Source: a virus (taxonomy: Duplodnaviria > Caudoviricetes). Taken from it: a stretch of DNA of 64,000 nt. The position numbers and the translations under genes are program-made. The stretch's first letter is position 1, and every line of letters begins with the position of its first letter. The notes beneath the pieces are model-generated. The model searched no databases. It was given only the letters and a program-made list of their open reading frames with translations, and was not told where the DNA came from. The stretch lies in the IMG/VR virus record IMGVR_UViG_3300020148_000032; one strand, written 5' to 3'. Below, piece after piece: positions 44,299 to 54,237 of the stretch.

Positions 44299-46431
44299 AT
44301 GGAACTCAAGAAAGAAGATAGCATCATAGAAGCTTTCGGAGTTGACTACACAAAACTTGCTTCTGAAGGAAAGTTAGATCCAGTCATTGGGCGCGATGAA
44401 GAAATACGTCGAATTATTCAAGTCCTCGCGCGGAGAACTAAAAATAATGCTGTTATTATTGGTGAACCCGGAGTTGGAAAGACCGCAATTGTAGAAGGGC
44501 TTGCTCAAAGGATTATTAATAAAGACGTCCCGAATAGCCTTAAGGATTGCTCACTTGTCTCTATAGAGATTAGCTCTCTCATTGCTGGAGCCGCCTATAG
44601 GGGGCAATTTGAGGAAAGAATGAAGAAACTTCTTGAAGAAGTAGAAGCTTCAGAAGGAAAAATTATACTTTTTGTTGATGAACTTCATACTATTATGAGA
44701 GCAGGTGGAGGAGAAGGTTCAGTTGATGCTGGAAATATTCTTAAACCTATGCTTGCAAGAGGGAAACTCCGCATGATTGGAGCCACAACTTTTAACGAGT
44801 ATCGCACTTCTATAGAGAAAGATTCTGCTCTCGAAAGACGATTCCAACCAATTTATGTTGGCGAACCTTCTATTGATGATGCTATTACAATCCTTAGAGG
44901 AATTCAAGAAAAGTACGAGGTTCACCACGGAGTGAATATTACTGATGATGCTCTTGTTGCTGCTGTGCAATTATCTCAACGTTACCTCCCAGACCGATTC
45001 TTGCCAGACAAAGCAGTAGACCTTATTGATGAAGCCACTGCTGCTTTAAAAATACAGCTTGATTCAATGCCAGCAGAACTCGATAAGCAATTAAGATCAC
45101 TTCAGAGGTTGAAAATTGAGAGAACTCAAGTCTCTAAAGAAACATCTAAAGAATCAATCGAAAGACTTGCAGAGATTGATGATGAAATCGCTAAACTTGA
45201 GAAAAACACTAATACCTTGAAAGAAAAATGGGATAAAGAAAAATTCTTTGTTCAATCTTTATCAAAGCATACTGAGATGCTAGAAAAATTAAAACTATCT
45301 CTTGATCAAGCTGAACGCGAGGGAGAGCTTGAAACAGCCGGTCGTATTAAATATGGAGAAATCCCTGTTGTTCAAAAGAAAATAGATGAGGACAGAGCGG
45401 GTCTGGATAGTATCCCTCTAGAAGAAAGACTTCTTAGAGAAGAAGTTGAGAAGAAGGACATTGCTGAGGTTATTTCTCGATGGACAGGTATACCCCTTGA
45501 CAAACTTCTTACTGAGGAAATCTCTAAACTTGCTAATTTAGAAGATTTACTACACAAGAGAGTTGTCGGTCAAGATGAAGCAATTCATTCTATTTCTAAT
45601 AGTATTCGTAGATCAAGGGCTGGCATTTCAGACGAAAACAAACCTATCGGATCATTTTTATTCTTGGGGCCTACTGGAGTAGGTAAAACTGAACTTGCTA
45701 AAGCTCTTGCTGAACAATTATTCAATGATGAGAACGCTCTTGTGCGTATTGACATGTCAGAATACATGGAAGCTCATTCAGTGGCAAGACTCATTGGTTC
45801 ACCTCCAGGTTATGTTGGTTATAACGAGGGTGGCCAGCTTACTGAAATTGTAAGAAGGAGACCTTACAGTGTTGTCCTTTTTGATGAAGTAGAAAAAGCC
45901 CATCCTGATATCTGGAATGCTCTTTTACAAGTCCTTGATGATGGAAGACTTACTGACGGCCAAGGTCGCACTGTCAACTTTAAAAACTCTGTTATCATAC
46001 TTACGAGTAATATTGGTAGCCCACTTATTCTCTCTTGGGATGGGAAAGATAAAGGATCTCTAGAAAATGAAGTAATGAAAGAATTAAAGAATTCTTTCAG
46101 ACCTGAATTCCTTAATAGAATTGATGAAATCGTCTTATTTGACAGAATAAGCAATTCAAATATGGAGGCAATCGTTCGTAAGGAACTTGATAGAACTGCT
46201 GTTAGAGTCAAGTCTAATCGCGGTATCTCCGTTATCTTTGACGACACCTTAGTTCACGAACTATCTGAACGAGGTTACGACCCGGCATTTGGAGCTAGAC
46301 CACTTAAGAGACTTATCCAAAACGAAGTTCTTAATCTTCTTGCTGAAAAAATTATTAAAGGTGAATTTGTAGAATCTGACGAGGTGAGAGTTTCATATAC
46401 TTACGGTCAAGTCGTAATGGAAAAGCTGTAA
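44299..46431 (+). CDS. clpB: ClpB disaggregase lacking the N-terminal Clp-repeat domain
   Basis: Starts just before GKLDPVIGRDEEIRR; GEPGVGKT, LFVDELH, middle coiled coil (IKYGEIP), GPTGVGKT, FGARPLKR. Confidence 0.95.
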   Translation: MELKKEDSIIEAFGVDYTKLASEGKLDPVIGRDEEIRRIIQVLARRTKNNAVIIGEPGVGKTAIVEGLAQRIINKDVPNSLKDCSLVSIEISSLIAGAAYRGQFEERMKKLLEEVEASEGKIILFVDELHTIMRAGGGEGSVDAGNILKPMLARGKLRMIGATTFNEYRTSIEKDSALERRFQPIYVGEPSIDDAITILRGIQEKYEVHHGVNITDDALVAAVQLSQRYLPDRFLPDKAVDLIDEATAALKIQLDSMPAELDKQLRSLQRLKIERTQVSKETSKESIERLAEIDDEIAKLEKNTNTLKEKWDKEKFFVQSLSKHTEMLEKLKLSLDQAEREGELETAGRIKYGEIPVVQKKIDEDRAGLDSIPLEERLLREEVEKKDIAEVISRWTGIPLDKLLTEEISKLANLEDLLHKRVVGQDEAIHSISNSIRRSRAGISDENKPIGSFLFLGPTGVGKTELAKALAEQLFNDENALVRIDMSEYMEAHSVARLIGSPPGYVGYNEGGQLTEIVRRRPYSVVLFDEVEKAHPDIWNALLQVLDDGRLTDGQGRTVNFKNSVIILTSNIGSPLILSWDGKDKGSLENEVMKELKNSFRPEFLNRIDEIVLFDRISNSNMEAIVRKELDRTAVRVKSNRGISVIFDDTLVHELSERGYDPAFGARPLKRLIQNEVLNLLAEKIIKGEFVESDEVRVSYTYGQVVMEKL

Positions 46432-46534
46432 GGTCAAACATGTCTCTCTTCTGTGCATGACATTCGTTTATGTCACCAGTATGAGGGTTTATATGATACA
46501 TGAAATTTTTCTAATCATTTTAGTTAAAATATAA

Positions 46535-47128
46535 ATGAATGAAAGGGAGACTCTTATGTTAGAGGCTATTAAAAGAGGTCGAGATGTTTCGCGCCCAATG
46601 GAAAGTTATGTTCCAAAAGAGGGAGAATTTTCTTTAAAGGAGCTTTCGAGTGTTAAACCGGACTTTTGGGCTCTACCTAGCCAAAAGTATAAAACCCCTA
46701 AGCCTTCTTTTCTAGTTCTTAATGACTATATAGCTATATTATCTAGAGGAGAAAGAGCTTTATTCTCATATGAGATTTTATCAGCATATACTTTATTTAA
46801 TCTACAATTAAAGCAATATGCAAGCAATCTCCGTATATTAGGTTACTCTAATACTTGTGACAAGCTTCTGAAAGAGGTTGAGCATTCCCTTTCTTATTCA
46901 GAATCAGTAAGCGGGTACAAGAAAAGCATTGATTTTGATTATAAATCAGTTATTAATACCTTTGAAAAAGAAAATAAGACTAAATGCCCTAATGAGAGAC
47001 TGATGACAGTTGAAGCTTTCGTCAACGATATCGAAATTTTTGTTGATTCTCTCCCATTTTTAAAATCTAGAAGTTATACTGCAGCATACTCAGTTTATAA
47101 AAGATTAATTAAGCTTTCTACATACTGA
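46535..47128 (+). CDS. Hypothetical protein
   Basis: 197-aa ORF. Confidence 0.6.
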   Translation: MNERETLMLEAIKRGRDVSRPMESYVPKEGEFSLKELSSVKPDFWALPSQKYKTPKPSFLVLNDYIAILSRGERALFSYEILSAYTLFNLQLKQYASNLRILGYSNTCDKLLKEVEHSLSYSESVSGYKKSIDFDYKSVINTFEKENKTKCPNERLMTVEAFVNDIEIFVDSLPFLKSRSYTAAYSVYKRLIKLSTY

Positions 47129-47238
47129 CACTCTTAATAATATTTTTCACATCAAATATCTCATGAAAGAGAGTCAGGAGTGAGAAAAGTCTTATATTCT
47201 GGCGCGGATTCTCACTATAAATAGACGTTCACGCTTTC

Positions 47239-47691
47239 TTACATGTAACGAGTGACTGGAGCGAGAGAAGAAGAAATGATAAGCTTAATAAAGGTCTCCT
47301 TCAGAGAGTGAAAATAAGTGTTGTGATGAGCGGGAGCAGTTTCTCCCTCATATGCAGGACCCTCAATTGCGCGAAGGGCGCGAATAAGAGTCTCCGAAAC
47401 TTTGGTAAATTCAAGGTTAATCTCGTGATCAGCGGGTAGAGAATGACGAGCGGTAAGGCGAGCAAGACCAAAGAGCTCAATTGCTTCGCGAGCCTCACGG
47501 ATGCTGGAATGATCCAGGGGAACCATTTCCATTGCCTCGTGAACCTTGCGCTGAAGACCAAACTTTTCAACATTCTCATCAACCTTTACAAGGTAATCAA
47601 CCTGATGGTTAAAGAATGAAATGACCTTCTCTGGAGTCGACTCAAGAACGTCAGCCATCGCAAGAGTGTTAATAAACGGGTTAATCGACAT
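47239..47691 (-). CDS. Hypothetical protein with its own SigA-like promoter
   Basis: 150-aa ORF, AAGGA SD. Confidence 0.7.
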   Translation of the reverse strand: MSINPFINTLAMADVLESTPEKVISFFNHQVDYLVKVDENVEKFGLQRKVHEAMEMVPLDHSSIREAREAIELFGLARLTARHSLPADHEINLEFTKVSETLIRALRAIEGPAYEGETAPAHHNTYFHSLKETFIKLIISSSLAPVTRYM

Positions 47692-47727
47692 GAGAAAATC
47701 CTTAATCTAAGATTTATTAGTAGTTTC

Positions 47728-47756
47728 ACTATATCATAGTAAACATTTTAAGTCAA
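47728..47756 (-). promoter_or_regulatory. SigA-like promoter
   Basis: TTGACT-17 nt-TATAGT. Confidence 0.7.
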
Positions 47757-47758
47757 TG

Positions 47759-48724
47759 CTAGATAAGAGTAATTTTTTCTTTCACATATTCTGGGTAGTC
47801 TTCCCATATTACTCCAGACGTATCAAACGCTACAAGTTTACCGTTCTTATCTATACCATAATTATTAAAATGATCATCATGGCCAGAAAGATTCATCTTT
47901 AATAATTCTTTAGAAGATAATCTCTCGCTATGCCTCATTTTTAATGATTCTTGAGCAACAAAACCGTAATCGCCTAAATTATAATAAGATTCTTTAACAT
48001 AGCGAATGTTTTTACTTTTCGGGAAGGCTTCTTTAGAAAGTATTGCTTGATGTATGTACTCTTCCGAACTCACATCATCAAATAAAGACGTTTTCCAAAT
48101 AAGATCTTTACTCGGTTGATAAAAGACAACTTGCTCTTTACCTGAATTAATAAGTATAAACCCATTTTCTTCAAAAGCATTATTATGTTCGTGTTCTCTT
48201 AAAAGATCTTTAAGGTCTAATTCTTTAATAGTCTTTGATAAGAGTTTAGCATCATCAATAGTTGACTTTAAACTCTTGTCTTCAAGCAAGAATTTTTGAT
48301 TGATTGGAGCTCTGTTAAGCTCTTTCTTGTATTCATATTGTAATTTCTTCATGTATTCTTCCCAAAATTCTTGCTTGTCTGGAAAGGAAGAAATAGTGTG
48401 AATAATGTCTCTATTATAGGACTCTAAATCCTGTTCATCAATCTGCATTTCAAGTTCTTGCTGAACGAATTGTCTTATCTTTTTCATAATAGTTCGGTGA
48501 AGTAGCGGCACATCATCTTCAGTCGCTACCCTCACCTCACTACTTATTGATAACATTTCATGAGCAAATTTTTTAGAATGAGATTCTATCTTTTCATGAA
48601 GATTAGTAATGAATTCTTTCGCTTCCTCTTTAGTTTGGAAATGATTTTCGTCTCCACCAAAGCGACATTTATTTTTTGCTGAGCATTTAAGAATTCGCTC
48701 TTCATGATTAACGTGAAATTTCAT
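47759..48724 (-). CDS. HCCH-leader protein 9: protein-kinase-like cargo
   Basis: FHVNHEERILKCSAKNKCRFGGDENHF; INSGKEQVVF, IWKT, DDHFNNYG (catalytic loop), LVAFD. Confidence 0.65.
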   Translation of the reverse strand: MKFHVNHEERILKCSAKNKCRFGGDENHFQTKEEAKEFITNLHEKIESHSKKFAHEMLSISSEVRVATEDDVPLLHRTIMKKIRQFVQQELEMQIDEQDLESYNRDIIHTISSFPDKQEFWEEYMKKLQYEYKKELNRAPINQKFLLEDKSLKSTIDDAKLLSKTIKELDLKDLLREHEHNNAFEENGFILINSGKEQVVFYQPSKDLIWKTSLFDDVSSEEYIHQAILSKEAFPKSKNIRYVKESYYNLGDYGFVAQESLKMRHSERLSSKELLKMNLSGHDDHFNNYGIDKNGKLVAFDTSGVIWEDYPEYVKEKITLI

Positions 48725-48765
48725 TCTAAACCTTTTAATTCAACATTGTTATCTATGTTTCTATA

Positions 48766-49332
48766 TCATGCAATAAAATTCTTTACAGAGTTTCTTACCT
48801 CATTATTTATTGTAGTGTCTTTTATAACAGTGACACCTGAATAATTACTAGCAAAAATATTTGGAGTAATTAACAGGCCTAACTCGTCAACAATTTCTGC
48901 TTCTAAATATTCAAGAACATTTCGTGTAGCCTCAAAGTTAAATATTCCCTTGTTTGAGCTTATTGTTGCAGTAAGAAGGAGTACTTTCTTCCCAGCCCAA
49001 GAATTAGAACCCCAAGGGCGAGAAGCCCAATCAATAGCATTTTTAAGTGGAGCACTTATAGAATGATTATATTCTGGAGATACGATGATTATTTTTTCGA
49101 CTGACTCTATACCATCTTTTAATTCTTTCCCAAAGTCTGGAAAATCATTGTCATAATCAGCAGAATAAAAGGGGAGCTTATTAATTGGGAGGAAGACGAC
49201 TTCTTCGTCCAAATCATGAAGAATTTCTGAAACTGCTTTAGAGAGTTTCTTGTTTAACCCATTTGAAGCAACGCTTCCTGTAATAAGACCAATTGTCATT
49301 TTAACCTCTTTCTTTAAAGTTGATTTCAACAA
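48766..49332 (-). CDS. NADPH-dependent FMN reductase
   Basis: ITGS, LPFYSAD, VSPEYNHSISAPLKNAIDWASRPWG..WAGK. Confidence 0.92.
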   Translation of the reverse strand: MLKSTLKKEVKMTIGLITGSVASNGLNKKLSKAVSEILHDLDEEVVFLPINKLPFYSADYDNDFPDFGKELKDGIESVEKIIIVSPEYNHSISAPLKNAIDWASRPWGSNSWAGKKVLLLTATISSNKGIFNFEATRNVLEYLEAEIVDELGLLITPNIFASNYSGVTVIKDTTINNEVRNSVKNFIA

Positions 49333-49344
49333 GTAGATTAGAGT

Positions 49345-49887
49345 TTAATTCCCAATGAGCCCACCCAAGTCAAAAATAATTTCATTAAACGCTCGAGAAG
49401 TAAGAGCATCATGAGTATGATTCCTCTTGTAGAAGCTCTCTAATACTTTCTTGTCATATTTCTTAATAAGATGACTTATTCCTAACAAGTGGAAATCAAC
49501 AATCTCGCTTATGACATAACCTTTACTCTTGTTTTTCTCATAGACTTTCTCAACATATAACCAAAAGTCTAATTTGATACAAAGGACTTCATATCTTTGC
49601 TCTTTTTCCATCGATAATCTACCTAGGTCTTTTTCCTTATCTAAAAGAAGCAATGATTTCTTGTCTTTTTTCATGAGAGTAAAGATTTTTGTATTCACTC
49701 TACTATTAGGGTTATAATTGACAGGAATGTTTCCAAACTCTTTAATAAGTCTTTTGTCAGAGATAACTTTTTGTGGTTTTGTCACTTCAGGTTTAGTATC
49801 AAAATGCTGTTCTTCAACACAATTTTCTAAATTTCTACAAATGTTTATACGATTAGTCTTTGAATTAATGTGATACATCCCTGTCAT
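49345..49887 (-). CDS. HCCH-leader protein 10 (divergent leader), unknown cargo
   Basis: YHINSKTNRINICRNLENCVEEQHFDTK. Confidence 0.7.
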   Translation of the reverse strand: MTGMYHINSKTNRINICRNLENCVEEQHFDTKPEVTKPQKVISDKRLIKEFGNIPVNYNPNSRVNTKIFTLMKKDKKSLLLLDKEKDLGRLSMEKEQRYEVLCIKLDFWLYVEKVYEKNKSKGYVISEIVDFHLLGISHLIKKYDKKVLESFYKRNHTHDALTSRAFNEIIFDLGGLIGN

Positions 49888-49921
49888 CCCTCTTATCGAA
49901 ATATGACATTATTATATCAAT

Positions 49922-50719
49922 TTATCGAAGATATTCTCCTAAAGCGTCGGAAAGCATGTCACTAGCAGTAAACCACACTTGAGCCTCTTTAGTATCACCT
50001 GAAGCGTCAGCGCGATGAGCTCTCAAACGCCACTCTTCTTGCAAATCATTAAGCTCATTCATATTTTTACTAAACTCAGCTAAAGATTTAGAGTATTCCA
50101 TCTTTTGCGAAATTGGATCAAGTTCTGCGCGAGCTTTAAGGATAGTACTAATTTGCCCTTTAACATATTTTGAAATACCGTCAACATCATCTTTCAATTT
50201 TGTAATTTTGTCTCTTGTGGATAAGTAACTTTCTGTTACATCATATGAAGGTTCAGGGGTAACCCAAGGGTTATCATCGTGTAAAGGTTGTGCAAGAACG
50301 CTTCCGTCACTATTAACAGTCACTAAAGCAGGTTTATCAGAGTCACTTTCCTCATCGTAATAGTAACCCTCGTATTGCCCAGCAATAAGCATTCTTCCCA
50401 TATCAGTTGGGAAACCCTCAGTGATAGGCATATCATACGGATCATCTGGGTTTGGGATAGTAATGAAAGTATCTTTAGGCAATGTAGGAATATTATTTGA
50501 AGACTTTGAAGAATCAAGGTCTAATTCTGTTGGTGCCACTTCTGAATCAGCAATTCTTTTCAAAGTAGAGACAAGGTTTGCTTCTTGAATTTTCTCGTAT
50601 GCAAGAATTGCTTCTTCCTTAGACGAATAGTGTTCTTCGACAGAACCGAATGGGCAACCACCGCTTGTTGCTTTGCAAATTCCAGGTTCACCTTTACTAT
50701 TAATATGAAATTTAGACAT
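49922..50719 (-). CDS. HCCH-leader protein 11, acidic/helical cargo
   Basis: FHINSKGEPGICKATSGGCPFGSVEEHYSSKEEAILAYE. Confidence 0.8.
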   Translation of the reverse strand: MSKFHINSKGEPGICKATSGGCPFGSVEEHYSSKEEAILAYEKIQEANLVSTLKRIADSEVAPTELDLDSSKSSNNIPTLPKDTFITIPNPDDPYDMPITEGFPTDMGRMLIAGQYEGYYYDEESDSDKPALVTVNSDGSVLAQPLHDDNPWVTPEPSYDVTESYLSTRDKITKLKDDVDGISKYVKGQISTILKARAELDPISQKMEYSKSLAEFSKNMNELNDLQEEWRLRAHRADASGDTKEAQVWFTASDMLSDALGEYLR

Positions 50720-50821
50720 GACTTATACCCCTTTAGTGTATGATAAAAACTTTTCTAAATCATTCTTCCGAAAGGTATGAAATAATATCCTTATTAGAAG
50801 AGCTTGTTAATCCTCCTCATT

Positions 50822-51640
50822 TTAAAATTGGTAAATACTTTCTGGATTTGAAAGATATTCTTGAGTAAAGACAATACAATTAGCATCTGTACCGTAGTTA
50901 CCCTCGTGAAGACCAATGACATGACCATATTCAGTCCTTCTCGTGAAGCGAGAATGATAATGACCATGTACAAGAAAGGTTGGCTTCACTGCGTGAAAAA
51001 CAGCGTCAAGGTTACGGCGATGAAGAGCGCTCTTATCAATGTTCTCTTTACCGAATAAACTAATCCCTCTCAGTTGGCTCCTTATCTCATCAGTGACAGG
51101 ATTAGGGCAACTTGCTGGAGAGTCATGCATAAGCATAAGCTTGATATCTTTACCTTTAGAATTCTCTATCGAAAGGGCTAATTCCTCAGGGGTAACCCAT
51201 TCTTCAATAAACCAATCTCTTCTGTCAGTTCTCATATTCTTATCAACAGAATATGCGCCACCTAGAGCAAGAACATCATGTTCTCCCCACTTGAAAACGA
51301 GACCTCTAGGTAGGTGAATGATGTTACTTCTTAAAGTTCTAGTGCCATCTTCATTAAGAGGGTAGCGGTAAAGATACTCGAAGTTTTCATGGTTACCATC
51401 AACGAAGTAAATAGTGATGCCAGACTTCTTAGCGGTCCAGTTCAAACCTTTGAGGTACTTTTCATATGAAGGGTACACACCAAAGTCTCCAACATGGAAA
51501 ATCGTTGTGATTCCTTCATTAACAGCTTTTTGAATAGCCTGTTTACCTTGAAAAAGAACTCCATGCCAGTCTCCAGCAATAAGAACTTTCTCATCATGTA
51601 TAGTGAACACAATAGACCTCCTTATTGTATTGTAACACAA
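50822..51640 (-). CDS. Calcineurin-like metallophosphoesterase
   Basis: GDWHG, VGDFG, DGNHE, GGAYSVD, MHDSP, HGHYH. Confidence 0.9.
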   Translation of the reverse strand: MCYNTIRRSIVFTIHDEKVLIAGDWHGVLFQGKQAIQKAVNEGITTIFHVGDFGVYPSYEKYLKGLNWTAKKSGITIYFVDGNHENFEYLYRYPLNEDGTRTLRSNIIHLPRGLVFKWGEHDVLALGGAYSVDKNMRTDRRDWFIEEWVTPEELALSIENSKGKDIKLMLMHDSPASCPNPVTDEIRSQLRGISLFGKENIDKSALHRRNLDAVFHAVKPTFLVHGHYHSRFTRRTEYGHVIGLHEGNYGTDANCIVFTQEYLSNPESIYQF

Positions 51641-51659
51641 AAGGGTCTATAAAGTAAAC

Positions 51660-52835
51660 TTACTCTTTATAGAATTTTGCTCCTGATAAGAATCCATCAC
51701 CGCGCTCAGTAGTATCAACAAAGAACTTGTAACCTTCGATTGATCTGAGTTCTCCCTTATTAGTAACGTGGCGAATGTCAGAATACTCGTTACCTTTAGA
51801 GTCATGTAATGCATCATAAGTGTCATAAGAGTTCCAACCAGTAATTCTTCTTACTACTTCATCAGTTCCATTCTCTATTTTTACCCATAAATTCTTAATG
51901 TTACCTGACGAGTCAGTGATAAGATCGCTCCCTTTAATTTCGTGAACATAAATTGGTTTCCCTGGACGTTCCATATTAAATTTATATGGTTTAGCTTTTT
52001 CTCTCCACTCGATTTGCTCTTGTACTTTTTTTATGAATTCTCTATTTTTGAGACCTTCAGAAATAAGATTATTAGCTTTTTGGGTATACTCATCATATTC
52101 TTTCTTTTCTCTTAAAGAAATTTTATGTTCTTCTTTTAAGAAAGAAATATTTTGATTAGTTTTCTCAATAAGATCGGAACCTTTTCTGGATACAAAGAAG
52201 TCATCTAATACTTTCTTCATAAACTCTTTCTGTTCCTGATTTTCTAGTTCTGGAGTAAGTTTCTCTTTAGTAATCTCACTGTTAATAAACTCTTGCTTTT
52301 TATCTCTTAATGGAGTAAAGAAATGCTGAGCCCATATTTTAGGTAAACCTTGTTGCCGAGCGTATGCTTCTAGGGCATCAATAGTTTGATCGTATTCTCT
52401 ATTCTCTTTAGCTCTATACATTGCTAAATCAAATTTTTCAGGATCTTTATAATGATGTTTAAGGTAAAACCTTGCATTCCATTCAGATATTTTTTCGTAA
52501 AGAGAGAAGTATTCATCAGATATTTTTTCTTCTTTTGATTTAAGCCTTTGGATAAAAGTTTTAAGTTCATTTTCGTTAAGTTCAAAAAGTTTTTCAAAAT
52601 CTGGCTCATCAGAATTATCCCATTCGGAATTTATGAGTTCTACTTGAATGTGACTAGTGCTTGTATAGACTTTTTGTTTTGGAAGGGGGACAAGGACATC
52701 CGAGTACTTTTCTTCTATATGTTTTTGGGCTTCTTCTTTACTTTTAAAGTGCTCGTTATTAGACCCTAGTGGGCAATTATTGTCTTTTGCGCGACAGATT
52801 GCTGGTACACCTTTTTTGTTAATATGATATGTCAT
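51660..52835 (-). CDS. HCCH-leader protein 12, coiled-coil cargo
   Basis: YHINKKGVPAICRAKDNNCPLGSNNEHFKSKEEAQ. Confidence 0.8.
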   Translation of the reverse strand: MTYHINKKGVPAICRAKDNNCPLGSNNEHFKSKEEAQKHIEEKYSDVLVPLPKQKVYTSTSHIQVELINSEWDNSDEPDFEKLFELNENELKTFIQRLKSKEEKISDEYFSLYEKISEWNARFYLKHHYKDPEKFDLAMYRAKENREYDQTIDALEAYARQQGLPKIWAQHFFTPLRDKKQEFINSEITKEKLTPELENQEQKEFMKKVLDDFFVSRKGSDLIEKTNQNISFLKEEHKISLREKKEYDEYTQKANNLISEGLKNREFIKKVQEQIEWREKAKPYKFNMERPGKPIYVHEIKGSDLITDSSGNIKNLWVKIENGTDEVVRRITGWNSYDTYDALHDSKGNEYSDIRHVTNKGELRSIEGYKFFVDTTERGDGFLSGAKFYKE

Positions 52836-52873
52836 AGAAACTCCTTCGATATGAACTTATCTAACTTATTGGG

Positions 52874-53008
52874 TTACCCTATCTTTCTTTTTTTAGGTTC
52901 TCCGAATCTCTCAATATACTCTTCATATATTGCTTGCATTTGCTCTTCAGTGAGTTCAAACCATTCTTCAGGAATTTCTTTTAATAATTCATTAAGCTTT
53001 TTATTCAC
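52874..53008 (-). CDS. Small hypothetical protein (44 aa, below the ORF-track cutoff)
   Basis: GTG start: MNKKLNELLKEIPEEWFELTEEQMQAIYEEYIERFGEPKKRKIG; GCAGG SD. Confidence 0.5.
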   Translation of the reverse strand: MNKKLNELLKEIPEEWFELTEEQMQAIYEEYIERFGEPKKRKIG

Positions 53009-53058
53009 GATAAAAACCTGCTTTCTTTAAGAATTATTATTATTTTATCGAGAATATG

Positions 53059-53108
53059 AAGAAACCCCTCAATACTTAGTGGTAGTGGATAATATTAAGG
53101 GGTTTCTT
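53059..53108 (-). terminator. Hairpin
   Basis: aagaaacccct...aggggtttctt. Confidence 0.55.
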
Positions 53109-53315
53109 TTATAGAGAGTCAAATTCTTCTAATACTTCTTCTATTGACTCAAGCATTCTTTCTAGTTCTCTTACGCCTAACAATTCATGATTTTTTAATT
53201 GATAGTGTAAAGTTTGTAATAACTCTAGAAGGTTTTGTTTTTGTAAAAGCAATGTTTCCCTGTCTAAATCTTTTTCAAGTTTAACATTGCTCATTTCAAA
53301 ATATAATTCTGTCAA
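53109..53315 (-). CDS. Small helical hypothetical protein
   Basis: 68-aa ORF. Confidence 0.5.
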   Translation of the reverse strand: MTELYFEMSNVKLEKDLDRETLLLQKQNLLELLQTLHYQLKNHELLGVRELERMLESIEEVLEEFDSL

Positions 53316-53373
53316 TCTTTAACTCCGTTATGCTTCAAGTGAAAATGAAATCAATATCGGAATTGCGAATGGT

Positions 53374-53748
53374 TTAAACGAATTCTAGTTGGGAAGAACT
53401 TATATTAATAGCTCGGGCGTTCTTTTGAAGATAAGCTCTTAGTGTAGAATTAGTTTTTCTCACTCTTTGTTCTGTTCGTAAGGCGTTTAATTCCTTAAAA
53501 GTTTCATTGACCTCTCGAGTAACTCTAGCGGCTTTAATAGCTTTAGTGTTATTCAAGCGGAGGTTTTGAATTCTTGAAGAAGCTCCTAATGTTTGAAATT
53601 GACCATATTGTTTAGAGGCGATATCTTCGTATGCTCGTCCTGCTTCTTGAATTGTCTCGTAGTGTTCTCCGCCTGCTGCTCCATAGGGACAATCGCGGAC
53701 TGTAGCCTTACATTCTTTAGGCCCGTCGTCAGTAATGTGAAACTTCAT
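53374..53748 (-). CDS. HCCH-leader protein 13, short basic cargo
   Basis: FHITDDGPKECKATVRDCPYGAAGGEHYETIQEAGRAYE. Confidence 0.8.
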   Translation of the reverse strand: MKFHITDDGPKECKATVRDCPYGAAGGEHYETIQEAGRAYEDIASKQYGQFQTLGASSRIQNLRLNNTKAIKAARVTREVNETFKELNALRTEQRVRKTNSTLRAYLQKNARAINISSSQLEFV

Positions 53749-53805
53749 TGCAAATACTCCAAAAATAAGATTTAAAGTAATTTCTAACCAAAAATGATAA
53801 CAACT

Positions 53806-54237
53806 TTAAATATTCAAAAAGCGAAGCGCATCAAGACGCCAAGTAAGATATTTTTCAATAAGAAGAATAAAACCTTCGTCTTCTATTACATAAGTATTTC
53901 TTTCGGGGAAATCTCCGTCACCTAAATCTAAAACAACTTCGAGATTTTCCATAATATACACTTCTTTACCTAATAAAGAAAAACGAATATTATAGAGAGT
54001 TTCAGAATTATCTTTAATTCTAAAAACCGCACTTAATTCTTCAATAGTATAAAGAGAAATTTCATCGCCTGAAGTTAACCGTTTTCTTTCAGCTTCAATG
54101 TTCTTCTTTAACTCATCAAGAAATTCTTTTACAAGCTCGCTAGAAATTCTCATAAAGAACCCTTTCTTTGTAGATATTTTTAATATCATGAAAAGGTTAG
54201 GCTTGATAACCTGCCATACTTTGATCATATTTGTCAA
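53806..54237 (-). CDS. Hypothetical protein (true start probably MRISS at 54153)
   Basis: AAAGGG SD before the internal ATG. Confidence 0.55.
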   Translation of the reverse strand: MTNMIKVWQVIKPNLFMILKISTKKGFFMRISSELVKEFLDELKKNIEAERKRLTSGDEISLYTIEELSAVFRIKDNSETLYNIRFSLLGKEVYIMENLEVVLDLGDGDFPERNTYVIEDEGFILLIEKYLTWRLDALRFLNI

